64,000 nt of DNA, from positions 1 to 64,000 of the IMG/VR virus record IMGVR_UViG_3300047095_000752, one strand, 5' to 3'. Shown piece by piece: positions 9,739 to 16,874 of this stretch; the first letter of the stretch is position 1; every line of letters begins with the position of its first letter. The notes under the pieces were generated by a model. That model saw nothing but the letters and a program-made list of their open reading frames with translations. It had not been told where the DNA came from and ran no database searches. The translations under genes and the position numbers were made by a program.

Positions 9739-10773
9739 TCAGTCTTCGGCATTCAACTTTTTATGTTGCCCGATCTTGGGGACGTTGAAACCCAAGTCGG
9801 TCAGGAGGGCACCCATCGCGGAGTGTCCCTCGTAGCGAGATGCACCCTTCGCGACCGCGCCCTCATCCATGCGGGTCGCAATCATGCGACGCCACACGGC
9901 GAACATCGCAGCCAGTTGCTGCGACTGGGCGGTGACAAATACCCCGGTGTCCACCACAATGCTGGTGGTGTGGTGGTAATTGCCCTCCAGCCATGGACGC
10001 GAACGCCATGCGTTGGGATCGAGATCCCAGCCGCAGTTACTGTACATGGCGGGCACGTACCCTGCCGCCTTCATGAACGCATCCGAGCCGTGCTGCTCGT
10101 ATGCCTTCAAGACCCAACCCGCGTGACCGGAGATGACAGACATCTCCTCAACATGGTGAGCCATGTTGCGGTGGTCATTGAACGACTTCATGATGTTGAG
10201 GCGTTCCTTCCAGTTCGCCTTGATGGCGACTTGGTACGTGCAGTGCGCTGCACAGCGCACTCGGAAGGACATGACCTGCCCATCCGCGCTGAACTCTCCC
10301 CGCATGATGGGGGAAGACAACGTCCGCTGGGCGTTGTCCGGTTTCGTGTAGACCACACGCATCTGCTGCTGCAGATGCCCCGCACCGGCGGGGATGGACT
10401 CGGGAAAGCGAGACCGGTGCGGATCAAGCTGCCACCCGTTCGCTTCCACGAACTCGTGGAGCTTCCTGTCGTATTGACACGACAGCAACTCCGCCGGGAT
10501 GATGGGGTAGTTCTTCAGAACCACCTCTTCCGCCACAGCGTTGAACTCTTTCTTGGTCAGCTTGTACTGACCATCACTGTTGTGCGCCACCTTTCGAATG
10601 GCATGGCTGGACACCGGGTCCAACGCCACGTTGTCGAAGGCGAGCACCGTATCCGACAACGGGCTGAACGTCAGTCCGTGGTGGGCGATGTCTGCTTCGG
10701 GCGTGTTGTTGATTGCGTCCATCAGATTGTTGAATTGCATGCTTAACATCTCCTGTAAAGATTTTACCGACAC
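9739..10773 (-). CDS. GC-rich hypothetical protein, probable early gene
   Basis: 344 aa ORF; a sampled 60-nt line is 62% GC against about 25% in flanking genes; motif A promoter directly upstream. Confidence 0.75.
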   Translation of the reverse strand: MSVKSLQEMLSMQFNNLMDAINNTPEADIAHHGLTFSPLSDTVLAFDNVALDPVSSHAIRKVAHNSDGQYKLTKKEFNAVAEEVVLKNYPIIPAELLSCQYDRKLHEFVEANGWQLDPHRSRFPESIPAGAGHLQQQMRVVYTKPDNAQRTLSSPIMRGEFSADGQVMSFRVRCAAHCTYQVAIKANWKERLNIMKSFNDHRNMAHHVEEMSVISGHAGWVLKAYEQHGSDAFMKAAGYVPAMYSNCGWDLDPNAWRSRPWLEGNYHHTTSIVVDTGVFVTAQSQQLAAMFAVWRRMIATRMDEGAVAKGASRYEGHSAMGALLTDLGFNVPKIGQHKKLNAED

Positions 10774-10801
10774 ATAGAATCTATCCCATAAGATTCTTTT
10801 A

Positions 10802-10821
10802 CAATAATTTATATATATAAT
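10802..10821 (-). promoter_or_regulatory. Phage promoter motif A (minus strand A(T/C)TATATATAT(A/T)AA(T/A)TATTG)
   Basis: caataatttatatatataat; about ten near-identical copies, almost all intergenic. Confidence 0.7.
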
Positions 10822-10845
10822 AGAATCAAAAATACTATATATATT

Positions 10846-11229
10846 TTAAAAAGATAATTTCAAAATCTCATCCAAACTTAACTTCGAGAAGTCATCCAGT
10901 GTTGGAATTTTAATCTTAGTTTCACTTTTCGAATTATATTCATTTGCAATTTGACTCAATTCATTATGTTTTAATCCAATCTGTGCTATATATTGTTGCT
11001 GTATTTTTATATTAGTTTCGGACTTATACGATTCCATAAGACTTTTTAATTCGGAGCATGATTGTGTATACGTATTTATAATACCATTTAATTCTAAAGA
11101 CACATGACCTTTATCAGTTGGAGTTGGAGTGTCTGAATGATATACGTAATAAAATACACCCAATCCAATTATAAGTATAACCAATACAATATTTACACGG
11201 ACAGATCTACTTTGCAAGAACTTACGCAT
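10846..11229 (-). CDS. Membrane-anchored hypothetical protein
   Basis: N-terminal TM helix VNIVLVILIIGLGVFYYVY followed by coiled coil. Confidence 0.65.
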   Translation of the reverse strand: MRKFLQSRSVRVNIVLVILIIGLGVFYYVYHSDTPTPTDKGHVSLELNGIINTYTQSCSELKSLMESYKSETNIKIQQQYIAQIGLKHNELSQIANEYNSKSETKIKIPTLDDFSKLSLDEILKLSF

Positions 11230-11579
11230 GGGGGTTCTCCTACTGTGGTTTTTGGATTTTGTTTTACGTCAAATGTGAGAATGCCATCAACATATGTATG
11301 TGTTATGATGGGTTTATAATGGAATATTGGAGATAATGGTAAATAGACTTTTTCGATTGTATGTTGGTACGAATATATAGTAGTAATGTCTTCATTATCA
11401 ACAACTTTATACAATACAATGCTACCATCAAAGTACTCATATAAAATCTTGCTCACACCGGGGTATATGTATTTCACTGTACAACTGTATGTACCGTCGC
11501 CACCACATTTACTATATACCCTTGCCCCATATGGTATCGGGTATTGTCCGAATAAAAACTTAAAAATTTTATTTAACAT
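11193..11579 (-). CDS. Hypothetical protein
   Basis: 128 aa ORF with an AAGGAA RBS. Confidence 0.55.
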   Translation of the reverse strand: MLNKIFKFLFGQYPIPYGARVYSKCGGDGTYSCTVKYIYPGVSKILYEYFDGSIVLYKVVDNEDITTIYSYQHTIEKVYLPLSPIFHYKPIITHTYVDGILTFDVKQNPKTTVGEPPCVSSCKVDLSV

Positions 11580-11619
11580 AGAATTCCTTTCATGTTGAAG
11601 TTGTTGATAATTTTTTACT

Positions 11620-11650
11620 AAAAAATGGGGGACCGAAATCCCCCATAAAA
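11620..11650 (-). terminator. Rho-independent terminator
   Basis: aaaaaa-tggggga-ccgaaa-tcccca type hairpin just after the stop of the 11652 ORF. Confidence 0.65.
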
Positions 11651-11651
11651 C

Positions 11652-11837
11652 TTACTTCTTGGCGCTGTGTTTGGGGCAGTAGTACAACTTACCCTCATTC
11701 GTCCACCCAGCCGGTGCCGCCTTCAGGAACGCCGCCTGTTCCGACGCCGCCCTCCCCGACTTTTGTCCGCATTTCTTATTGGACTTTGGATCTCGGTGGG
11801 AACAGTTGATTGCTACTTTCTTTGCGGTTACTGCCAT
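11652..11837 (-). CDS. Small basic zinc-finger protein
   Basis: C..(10)..C ... GW ... CPKH; AGGAG RBS; followed by a terminator. Confidence 0.7.
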   Translation of the reverse strand: MAVTAKKVAINCSHRDPKSNKKCGQKSGRAASEQAAFLKAAPAGWTNEGKLYYCPKHSAKK

Positions 11838-11883
11838 TTTTATTCTCCTTGTTAATGTAAATCCACATAATGTGGGTGCAGGG

Positions 11884-12408
11884 TCAATGTTCCTTGTACA
11901 GTATTTTCAACTTATTTATATTCTTCAGCGGGACATCCACCCCACGCGAAGTCTTCGTAGACCCAATCTGCTCGTCCTCTACACTCATGATCAAGTCCTT
12001 CAAGGTCTTCGAAGAAATTTGACCATGATACAGGGATATTTTCTTGGGTTTGGATTTGCTGATGAATTTCTTCATTTTGGTTGCTGTGTTCAATATATAT
12101 TTGTAGAGATACAAGCAGGGTAGCCTTTCCGATTGTATCATCCGGTAGTGGTTCGAGAAGATGCTAGACTTCGATACCGAATCGACTATATTCCCAAGGG
12201 AATCGCCTCTTGGTATAATGTTGTTTATAATCTTTAGTTGATTGTCAACATATTCGACGAGACTTTTATTCGAAGTCTTATCCCGGTTATTCACAATGAG
12301 ATTAACCGTTAGCTTCGGGTCGTTATGAAGGAGTTGATTTAGTATGAAGAATTTCGGATTCCCAGCAAACTTGATAAATAACACATCCAACTTAGCAACT
12401 GTGTTCAA
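11884..12408 (-). CDS. Hypothetical protein
   Basis: 174 aa ORF with a GAGGAG RBS. Confidence 0.6.
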   Translation of the reverse strand: MNTVAKLDVLFIKFAGNPKFFILNQLLHNDPKLTVNLIVNNRDKTSNKSLVEYVDNQLKIINNIIPRGDSLGNIVDSVSKSSIFSNHYRMIQSERLPCLYLYKYILNTATKMKKFISKSKPKKISLYHGQISSKTLKDLIMSVEDEQIGSTKTSRGVDVPLKNINKLKILYKEH

Positions 12409-12424
12409 TCTATGATTCTCCTCG

Positions 12425-12454
12425 AAAAAAAGCGCCCTCGGAATTGAGGGCGCT
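12425..12454 (-). terminator. Rho-independent terminator
   Basis: aaaaaa-agcgccctc-ggaatt-gagggcgct. Confidence 0.75.
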
Positions 12455-12465
12455 ACGGCTGGTGG

Positions 12466-12579
12466 TTAGATTAAGGCATTCTCGCCGTCATCGCGAGCAC
12501 GAGACCGGAACTTGTTATAGTTACGATCCATTTTCCGCCCATATATTAGATTATACAACCAATAACTTACGTACCGCAT
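12466..12579 (-). CDS. 37-aa peptide MRYVSYWLYNLIYGRKMDRNYNKFRSRARDDGENALI (absent from the ORF track)
   Basis: AGGAG RBS 8 nt before the ATG; terminator directly after the stop. Confidence 0.55.
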   Translation of the reverse strand: MRYVSYWLYNLIYGRKMDRNYNKFRSRARDDGENALI

Positions 12580-12603
12580 TTTCAATCTCCTACGAGTTTG
12601 AAT

Positions 12604-12746
12604 TGGTCCCCGGTGAGAAACTCAGGTACTTGCGAAACCTGTTTCTTCTTTTCCCATGAATTCGTGTACTTGTACACACCGAAGCCCAAGCTTACCACCC
12701 GCCCTAGAAGGACTCACGAAGTGGAATGTGTCATACAAGCGGGACC
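12604..12746 (-). ncRNA. Candidate structured RNA or 5' leader, about 140 nt
   Basis: The ends pair (GGUCCC/GGGACC); internal hairpin GAAA-CAGGU...ACCUG-AG-UUUC; lies below a motif A promoter with no long minus-strand ORF. Confidence 0.4.
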
Positions 12747-12805
12747 TCAAATTCATGCTCTGGTGGATTATCCAGTTGGACCGGAGTTAGTACATAGTCC
12801 AGATT

Positions 12806-12825
12806 CAATAATTAATATATATAGT
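12806..12825 (-). promoter_or_regulatory. Phage promoter motif A
   Basis: caataattaatatatatagt. Confidence 0.7.
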
Positions 12826-12855
12826 TTAAAATGTTATTTTGAAAGGGTTATTAAG

Positions 12856-13494
12856 TTAAAGTCCACGGCTCATAATATCACTTAAACGTTTGTAGCAAGT
12901 GATTGTAGTCTTAACATCATCCAACGCACTGTGTGCATTTTCATTCACTACACCACAAAATTGAGCTATTGTTCCTAATTGATTATTTTCCAGAGTTTTA
13001 TAATGCCTCTGTTCGGTTTGGAATTTTAATTCATTTATCGGTCGAATCCAGTTTGTAAAGTCCATAGCTTTCCAACGTAAATCTATAGTCTGTCGCAATA
13101 AATGTCGATTAAACAAAGACTTCTCCGGAGTTCGATCAAAGTCTAGAAATGGCTCCATAAACTTTGTATCAAACCCATAGTAGTTTTGACCGAATGGATC
13201 TATAATTTGACAGACCGGAGAAATCTTTTTAATCCAATCTACAAACAAATCTCGAACTACACTTTGGGGTGGATATTGAGTTAACATCTCAGGTGTAATT
13301 TTTGTTACGTTTTGAGCTTCTTGGGTGAATCTATCTGGATACTGGATAGAAATGTAATGTTGAAATATATCTTCAGTTGCGTTGAAATTTTCATCTACTC
13401 TTATAGCTGCAATTTGAAATATTTCGTTATATCCAGCTTTTAATCCTGTTGTTTCGAAATCAATACATACAAGAGGTATATTTAAATCTGACAT
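12856..13494 (-). CDS. DEDDh 3'-5' exonuclease (DnaQ/epsilon-like)
   Basis: DFETTG, QNYYGFD and HSALDD motifs. Confidence 0.88.
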   Translation of the reverse strand: MSDLNIPLVCIDFETTGLKAGYNEIFQIAAIRVDENFNATEDIFQHYISIQYPDRFTQEAQNVTKITPEMLTQYPPQSVVRDLFVDWIKKISPVCQIIDPFGQNYYGFDTKFMEPFLDFDRTPEKSLFNRHLLRQTIDLRWKAMDFTNWIRPINELKFQTEQRHYKTLENNQLGTIAQFCGVVNENAHSALDDVKTTITCYKRLSDIMSRGL

Positions 13495-13571
13495 TTACGG
13501 TGGTCCTTTTGGTTGTAATATTTATATATAAAAAAATAACCTAATCTTTTGGATTTGGTTATTGAATTTGT

Positions 13572-13647
13572 TGGTACGAACGGTGTGAATCGAACACACG
13601 ACTCAGAGTATATAAGACTCCGCTTCTCACCACTGAATTACGTTCGC
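13572..13647 (-). tRNA. tRNA-Ile(UAU)
   Basis: Cloverleaf GCGAACG...GGAGT-CT TAT AT-ACTCT...GTGTG TTCGATT CACAC CGTTCGT ACCA. Confidence 0.88.
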
Positions 13648-13690
13648 ATAAAAATAGGTGGGGAGGCTATCCTTTATGACAGACTCCCCA

Positions 13691-13767
13691 TGGTGATCGC
13701 GGTGGAATTCGAATCCACACTGTAAGATTTTTAAGATCTTTGCCTCGACCAGTTGGGCTACGCGACC
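13691..13767 (-). tRNA. tRNA-Leu(UAA) with a short variable loop
   Basis: GGTCGCG...AAGAT-CT TAA AA-ATCTT ACAGT GTGGA TTCGAAT TCCAC CGCGATC ACCA. Confidence 0.85.
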
Positions 13768-13786
13768 ATTATTAAACTTTCTAAAA

Positions 13787-13860
13787 TAACCCGACAGGAC
13801 TTTCACCTGCAGTTCGTAACCATTTAGTAGGAGTGTGTTTAATATTTTCACCACGGGTTA
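13787..13860 (-). ncRNA. tRNA-like element with an unpaired anticodon arm (pseudo-tRNA)
   Basis: Acceptor stem TAACCCG/CGGGTTA and T arm GCAGG-TGAAAGT-CCTGT are intact; no anticodon stem; no CCA. Confidence 0.5.
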
Positions 13861-13864
13861 TTCT

Positions 13865-13937
13865 TGAGAATGACTGGATTTGAACCAGCGACACGACGAT
13901 GACTTTCGTCTGCTCTACCAGACTGAGCTACAATCTC
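13865..13937 (-). ncRNA. tRNA-like element with an aberrant 6-nt anticodon loop
   Basis: GAGATTG TA GCTC..GAGC A GACGA-AAGTCA-TCGTC GTGTC GCTGG TTCAAAT CCAGT CATTCTC. Confidence 0.65.
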
Positions 13938-13973
13938 AATAGTTTTAATAGAGAATTAACTCTATGTTTTTGA

Positions 13974-14048
13974 TGGCTCTAGGGATTCGAGTCGAACGAA
14001 TAACGGGGAATTTAACAGATTCCTGCTCTCCCATTGAGCTACCCTAGA
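13974..14048 (-). tRNA. tRNA-Asn(GUU)
   Basis: TCTAGGG...GGAAT-CT GTT AA-ATTCC...CCCTAGA GCCA. Confidence 0.9.
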
Positions 14049-14058
14049 AAAGTTTTAT

Positions 14059-14760
14059 TCAAATATGAGACCACGTTTTTCTTTGAATTATTTTTTTAAT
14101 GTTATTATCGCTAACATTAAACATTTCACCTAATTTAACATAATTCTTTATTTCTGGGTATAACTTACGTATTTCTAATACTTGTTGTTTGGTGAGTTTG
14201 TTTGATATATAATTTGGATTGCCTTTTCTAGAGATTTTTTCTTTCGGCGGTATAGGTTCCCAGTGTAAATGTTTCCATCTTCTATTGTTAACAACTTCAC
14301 ATATAGTGCGTTGACCGACACCAAATAATTTACTTAATTTTTTCTGTGATATGTTATTGTTATTGTATATTTTTCTTATTTCTAATACTTGGTTATCGGT
14401 TAATCTAGAGCTTTTGCTATCTATACCTACGGCGTGGGTAATTAAATTATTTTTATGCGCATGTGTATTATTTTCTTTGACCGTACACCATTCTAGATTT
14501 TTGAGATCATTATTTGATTTATTACAATCCATATGATTTACAACGGCATCTTCGAACCAAGAGTCTGGATTAAAAGCGAACATTAGTAACCGATGGACCC
14601 GTAATTTTCTTCTTTTTGGTTTTAATGCTAAATGAACTGTATAATATCCACTATCTAAACTTGCTTTAACAAATTTACCACTATCATTATTCCGAACTCG
14701 ACCTAAATTACTAATAGAATATTTATCGGTTAAATGACAATCTCTCCAAATTTCTTCCAT
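14059..14760 (-). mobile_element. Free-standing NUMOD4-HNH homing endonuclease within the tRNA cluster
   Basis: EIWR...YSISNLGRVR, VHRL, VNHMDCNKSNN...NLEW...EN..HA, and two SxLTxxQVLEIRKxY HTH-like repeats. Confidence 0.88.
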
Positions 14761-14789
14761 ATATGATCCAATGCTACAATAAAAAATAA

Positions 14790-14866
14790 TGGTGCCAACA
14801 ACTGGATTTAAACCAGTAACTTACGATTTAGAAGATCGTTTCTCTATTCAATTGAGATATGCTGGC
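14790..14866 (-). tRNA. tRNA-Arg(UCU)
   Basis: GCCAGCA...ACGAT-CT TCT AA-ATCGT...TGTTGGC ACCA. Confidence 0.88.
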
Positions 14867-14881
14867 ATAGAAAACTTAAAA

Positions 14882-14958
14882 AGATATGGTGGTATGAATT
14901 ACACATACCGTCACACGGACCCGATGTCCGGTGTTTTATCCTTAAACTAACCATATCT
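14882..14958 (-). ncRNA. tRNA-like element with extended acceptor stem, 6-bp T stem and non-canonical anticodon loop
   Basis: AGATATGGT/ACCATATCT; D arm GTTT..AAAC; CGGAC-ATCGG-GTCCG; GGTATG-TGTAATT-CATACC. Confidence 0.55.
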
Positions 14959-14964
14959 AAAATT

Positions 14965-15042
14965 TGGAGCAGCGCCACTGACTTGCACAATGGATCATCC
15001 AACTGGAGTGCTGGATGGTTTTACTATTAAACTACGATCTGC
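14965..15042 (-). ncRNA. tRNA-like element ending in CCA, with long anticodon stem and 6-bp T stem
   Basis: GCAG..CG/CGCTGC TCCA; D arm GTTT..AAAC; ATCCAGC-ACTCCA-GTTGGAT; CCATTG-TGCAAGT-CAGTGG. Confidence 0.55.
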
Positions 15043-15059
15043 ATTGTAGATTCAATTGT

Positions 15060-15470
15060 TTCGGTCCCTGAAGACTTCTGGACCGACTTCACCATATGAC
15101 CGGGTAACTACGATGTCGGTATGTTAGCGACTCCGTCTACGCGACCGTCTTCGTGTGTATAAATAGTAGCATACCTCAAAAGCCCAAGTCAAGAGGTTTC
15201 TAAAATTTCACTTACACTGGTGAATCCGAACTGAGTTATAAATGGGAAAAAGCATCCGAAACCCGTTTACACACACTCAGCCATAATTTATAAGAGTACC
15301 GGTAAACGCAAGGCATTTACATCCCCGGTACTCCAAACCAAGCCACGTAGCTCAGTAAAGTCAAATAAAACATCGGGTATACCATAAAGTATACCCGATG
15401 GCTTCGCACCGATAGGGTACGAAAAATCCCACCAAGCCCACATGCGCTCCATGATGTTTATGATGGGATC
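15060..15470. ncRNA. Hairpin-dense non-coding tract, candidate ncRNA(s)
   Basis: Stems tcggtcc/ggaccga, ctgagt/actcag, gagtaccgg/ccggtactc and catcgggtatac/gtatacccgatg; no ORF in the track. Confidence 0.45.
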
Positions 15471-15475
15471 AAAAA

Positions 15476-15640
15476 GGTACCCGGATATCGGATTTGAACC
15501 GACGATCCACCTCTATCTATAGTTCGAGGTGACCCCTAGCTTCTATCAACACCTCATGTGACTAGCAAGGGTGTCTTCAAGATTCTTGTCTGACGTTCGG
15601 GAAGTCACTCCTTATATCAGACTCCTTTAGGACCGGGATA
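15476..15640 (-). ncRNA. Expanded tRNA-like RNA of about 165 nt
   Basis: Canonical T arm GTCGG-TTCAAAT-CCGAT; acceptor CCCGG/CCGGG; extra hairpins GTCTGA/TCAGAC and CACCTC/GAGGTG; directly below a motif A promoter. Confidence 0.55.
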
Positions 15641-15660
15641 GTTTAAACTTAAACTGTATA

Positions 15661-15680
15661 CAATATTTAATATATATAAT
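15661..15680 (-). promoter_or_regulatory. Phage promoter motif A driving the tRNA cluster
   Basis: caatatttaatatatataat. Confidence 0.7.
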
Positions 15681-15681
15681 A

Positions 15682-16263
15682 CTAAGCTCGTAAAGAAGCT
15701 ACACTAGCACTCATACTAGCGTATGCCGAGCGGGTTCCAACAGATGTAGGATCGTACTGTACAGTGTTATGAGTTTTGATCCCAAGACCACTACCAACGG
15801 CAAATGCGTCGATATTTGCGCCGGAGAAAATAAATTGCCAGTTGTATACTTCTTCTTGATGTGTGATTTTATTTTTAATATCATTCAATGTGAAATGACG
15901 ACTTGCATTTTCGTCACCATCTGTAATAATACAAATGATAACTTTTTCAGGTCTCTCTGGTTCCGGTAGTTTATTCAAATATACACCAATGTGATCTACA
16001 GTCTTTCCAATAGCATCGAATAAAGCTGTATACCCATTAGGTTGATAATTTTCTTTACTTAATAGTTCACAACTATTTAGATTTTCTACTTCACCGATAT
16101 CAACTTGAGTATCAAATATAGTTTTAATAATTTGAGCGGTTCCGGGTATTTTTCTTTGATCTTCAATAAGTGAATTATACCCGCCAATCGCATCATCTGT
16201 TAAAGAATGCATTGATCCGGACTTATCAACAATCATTCCAATTAGAGTATGGTCTTTCTTCAT
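15682..16263 (-). CDS. VWA-domain protein
   Basis: MIDAS motif DKSGSM, TALFDAIG, ITDGDENAS and WQFIFSGAN. Confidence 0.88.
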   Translation of the reverse strand: MKKDHTLIGMIVDKSGSMHSLTDDAIGGYNSLIEDQRKIPGTAQIIKTIFDTQVDIGEVENLNSCELLSKENYQPNGYTALFDAIGKTVDHIGVYLNKLPEPERPEKVIICIITDGDENASRHFTLNDIKNKITHQEEVYNWQFIFSGANIDAFAVGSGLGIKTHNTVQYDPTSVGTRSAYASMSASVASLRA

Positions 16264-16448
16264 TGTGTTGTTCCTTGTGTGTTTTGTTGTTAGTTGCTTA
16301 TATGGATTGTATCACATGATTTGTAGATTTGCAAGTGGATTAAAATAACTTTACTATAATTTTCATTATTATTTACTACAAAAAAGAATGGCTTTGCTAG
16401 AGCCATTCTTCCAACCATTCTTTCTAACCTAACTATACAACCGGCGAA

Positions 16449-16610
16449 CTACAACCGGCGACCCTTCTCCAGCGCCTTCTCCAGTTCTTTTTCGCGATTA
16501 GACCCCCATTTTTCCTCCCTCAAATTCCTGCAAAAGGCGTCGCGCTGCGCCTTTTCTTCGTCCCGCCGCTGTTCGTTCCGCGCCTTTTCTTCATCTGCAC
16601 GCTCTGACAT
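16449..16610 (-). CDS. 53-aa highly charged GC-rich peptide (absent from the ORF track)
   Basis: MSERADEEKARNEQRRDEEKAQRDAFCRNLREEKWGSNREKELEKALEKGRRL; sits between a motif A promoter and a terminator-like hairpin. Confidence 0.55.
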   Translation of the reverse strand: MSERADEEKARNEQRRDEEKAQRDAFCRNLREEKWGSNREKELEKALEKGRRL

Positions 16611-16685
16611 TTTTATACCCTTTCATCGTTTGTTTATAATATCTCAGTTCACATGAGCCGAGGATATCGAATAACTTCATGATAG

Positions 16686-16705
16686 CACTAATTAATATAT
16701 ATAAT
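16686..16705 (-). promoter_or_regulatory. Phage promoter motif A (variant)
   Basis: cactaattaatatatataat. Confidence 0.6.
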
Positions 16706-16744
16706 TAAATACTATATAATATAAACTAAAAATAGATCAAAAAA

Positions 16745-16779
16745 TAAACCATTATAACTTGTTAGGTTATAATGGTTTA
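16745..16779 (-). terminator. Terminator after the second tRNA-Ile
   Basis: taaaccattataac-ttgttag-gttataatggttta with an A-run to the left. Confidence 0.65.
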
Positions 16780-16786
16780 CGAGTAT

Positions 16787-16862
16787 TGGTAGACCGTGTA
16801 AGAATTGAACTTACGACTCCGTGTATATAAGACGCGGCTTCTAACCACTGAATTAACGGTCC
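16787..16862 (-). tRNA. tRNA-Ile(UAU), second diverged copy
   Basis: GGACCGT...CGCGT-CT TAT AT-ACACG...GTAAG TTCAATT CTTAC ACGGTCT ACCA. Confidence 0.85.
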
Positions 16863-16874
16863 ATCGAATGGTTG

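Noticed and set aside
9694-10746. 350-aa plus-strand ORF antisense to the GC-rich gene
   Set aside because: Shadow ORF expected from high GC3; the promoter and terminator both support the minus-strand gene.
12466-12531. tmRNA tag-like ending (DDGENALI)
   Set aside because: The ORF has its own RBS and ATG, lacks the terminal AA, and no tmRNA tRNA-like ends enclose it.
12444-12885. Plus-strand ORFs of 71 and 95 aa
   Set aside because: TTG starts without an RBS, opposite to the promoter/terminator orientation.
13627-13854. 75-aa minus-strand ORF
   Set aside because: Overlaps tRNA-Ile, tRNA-Leu and a tRNA-like element.
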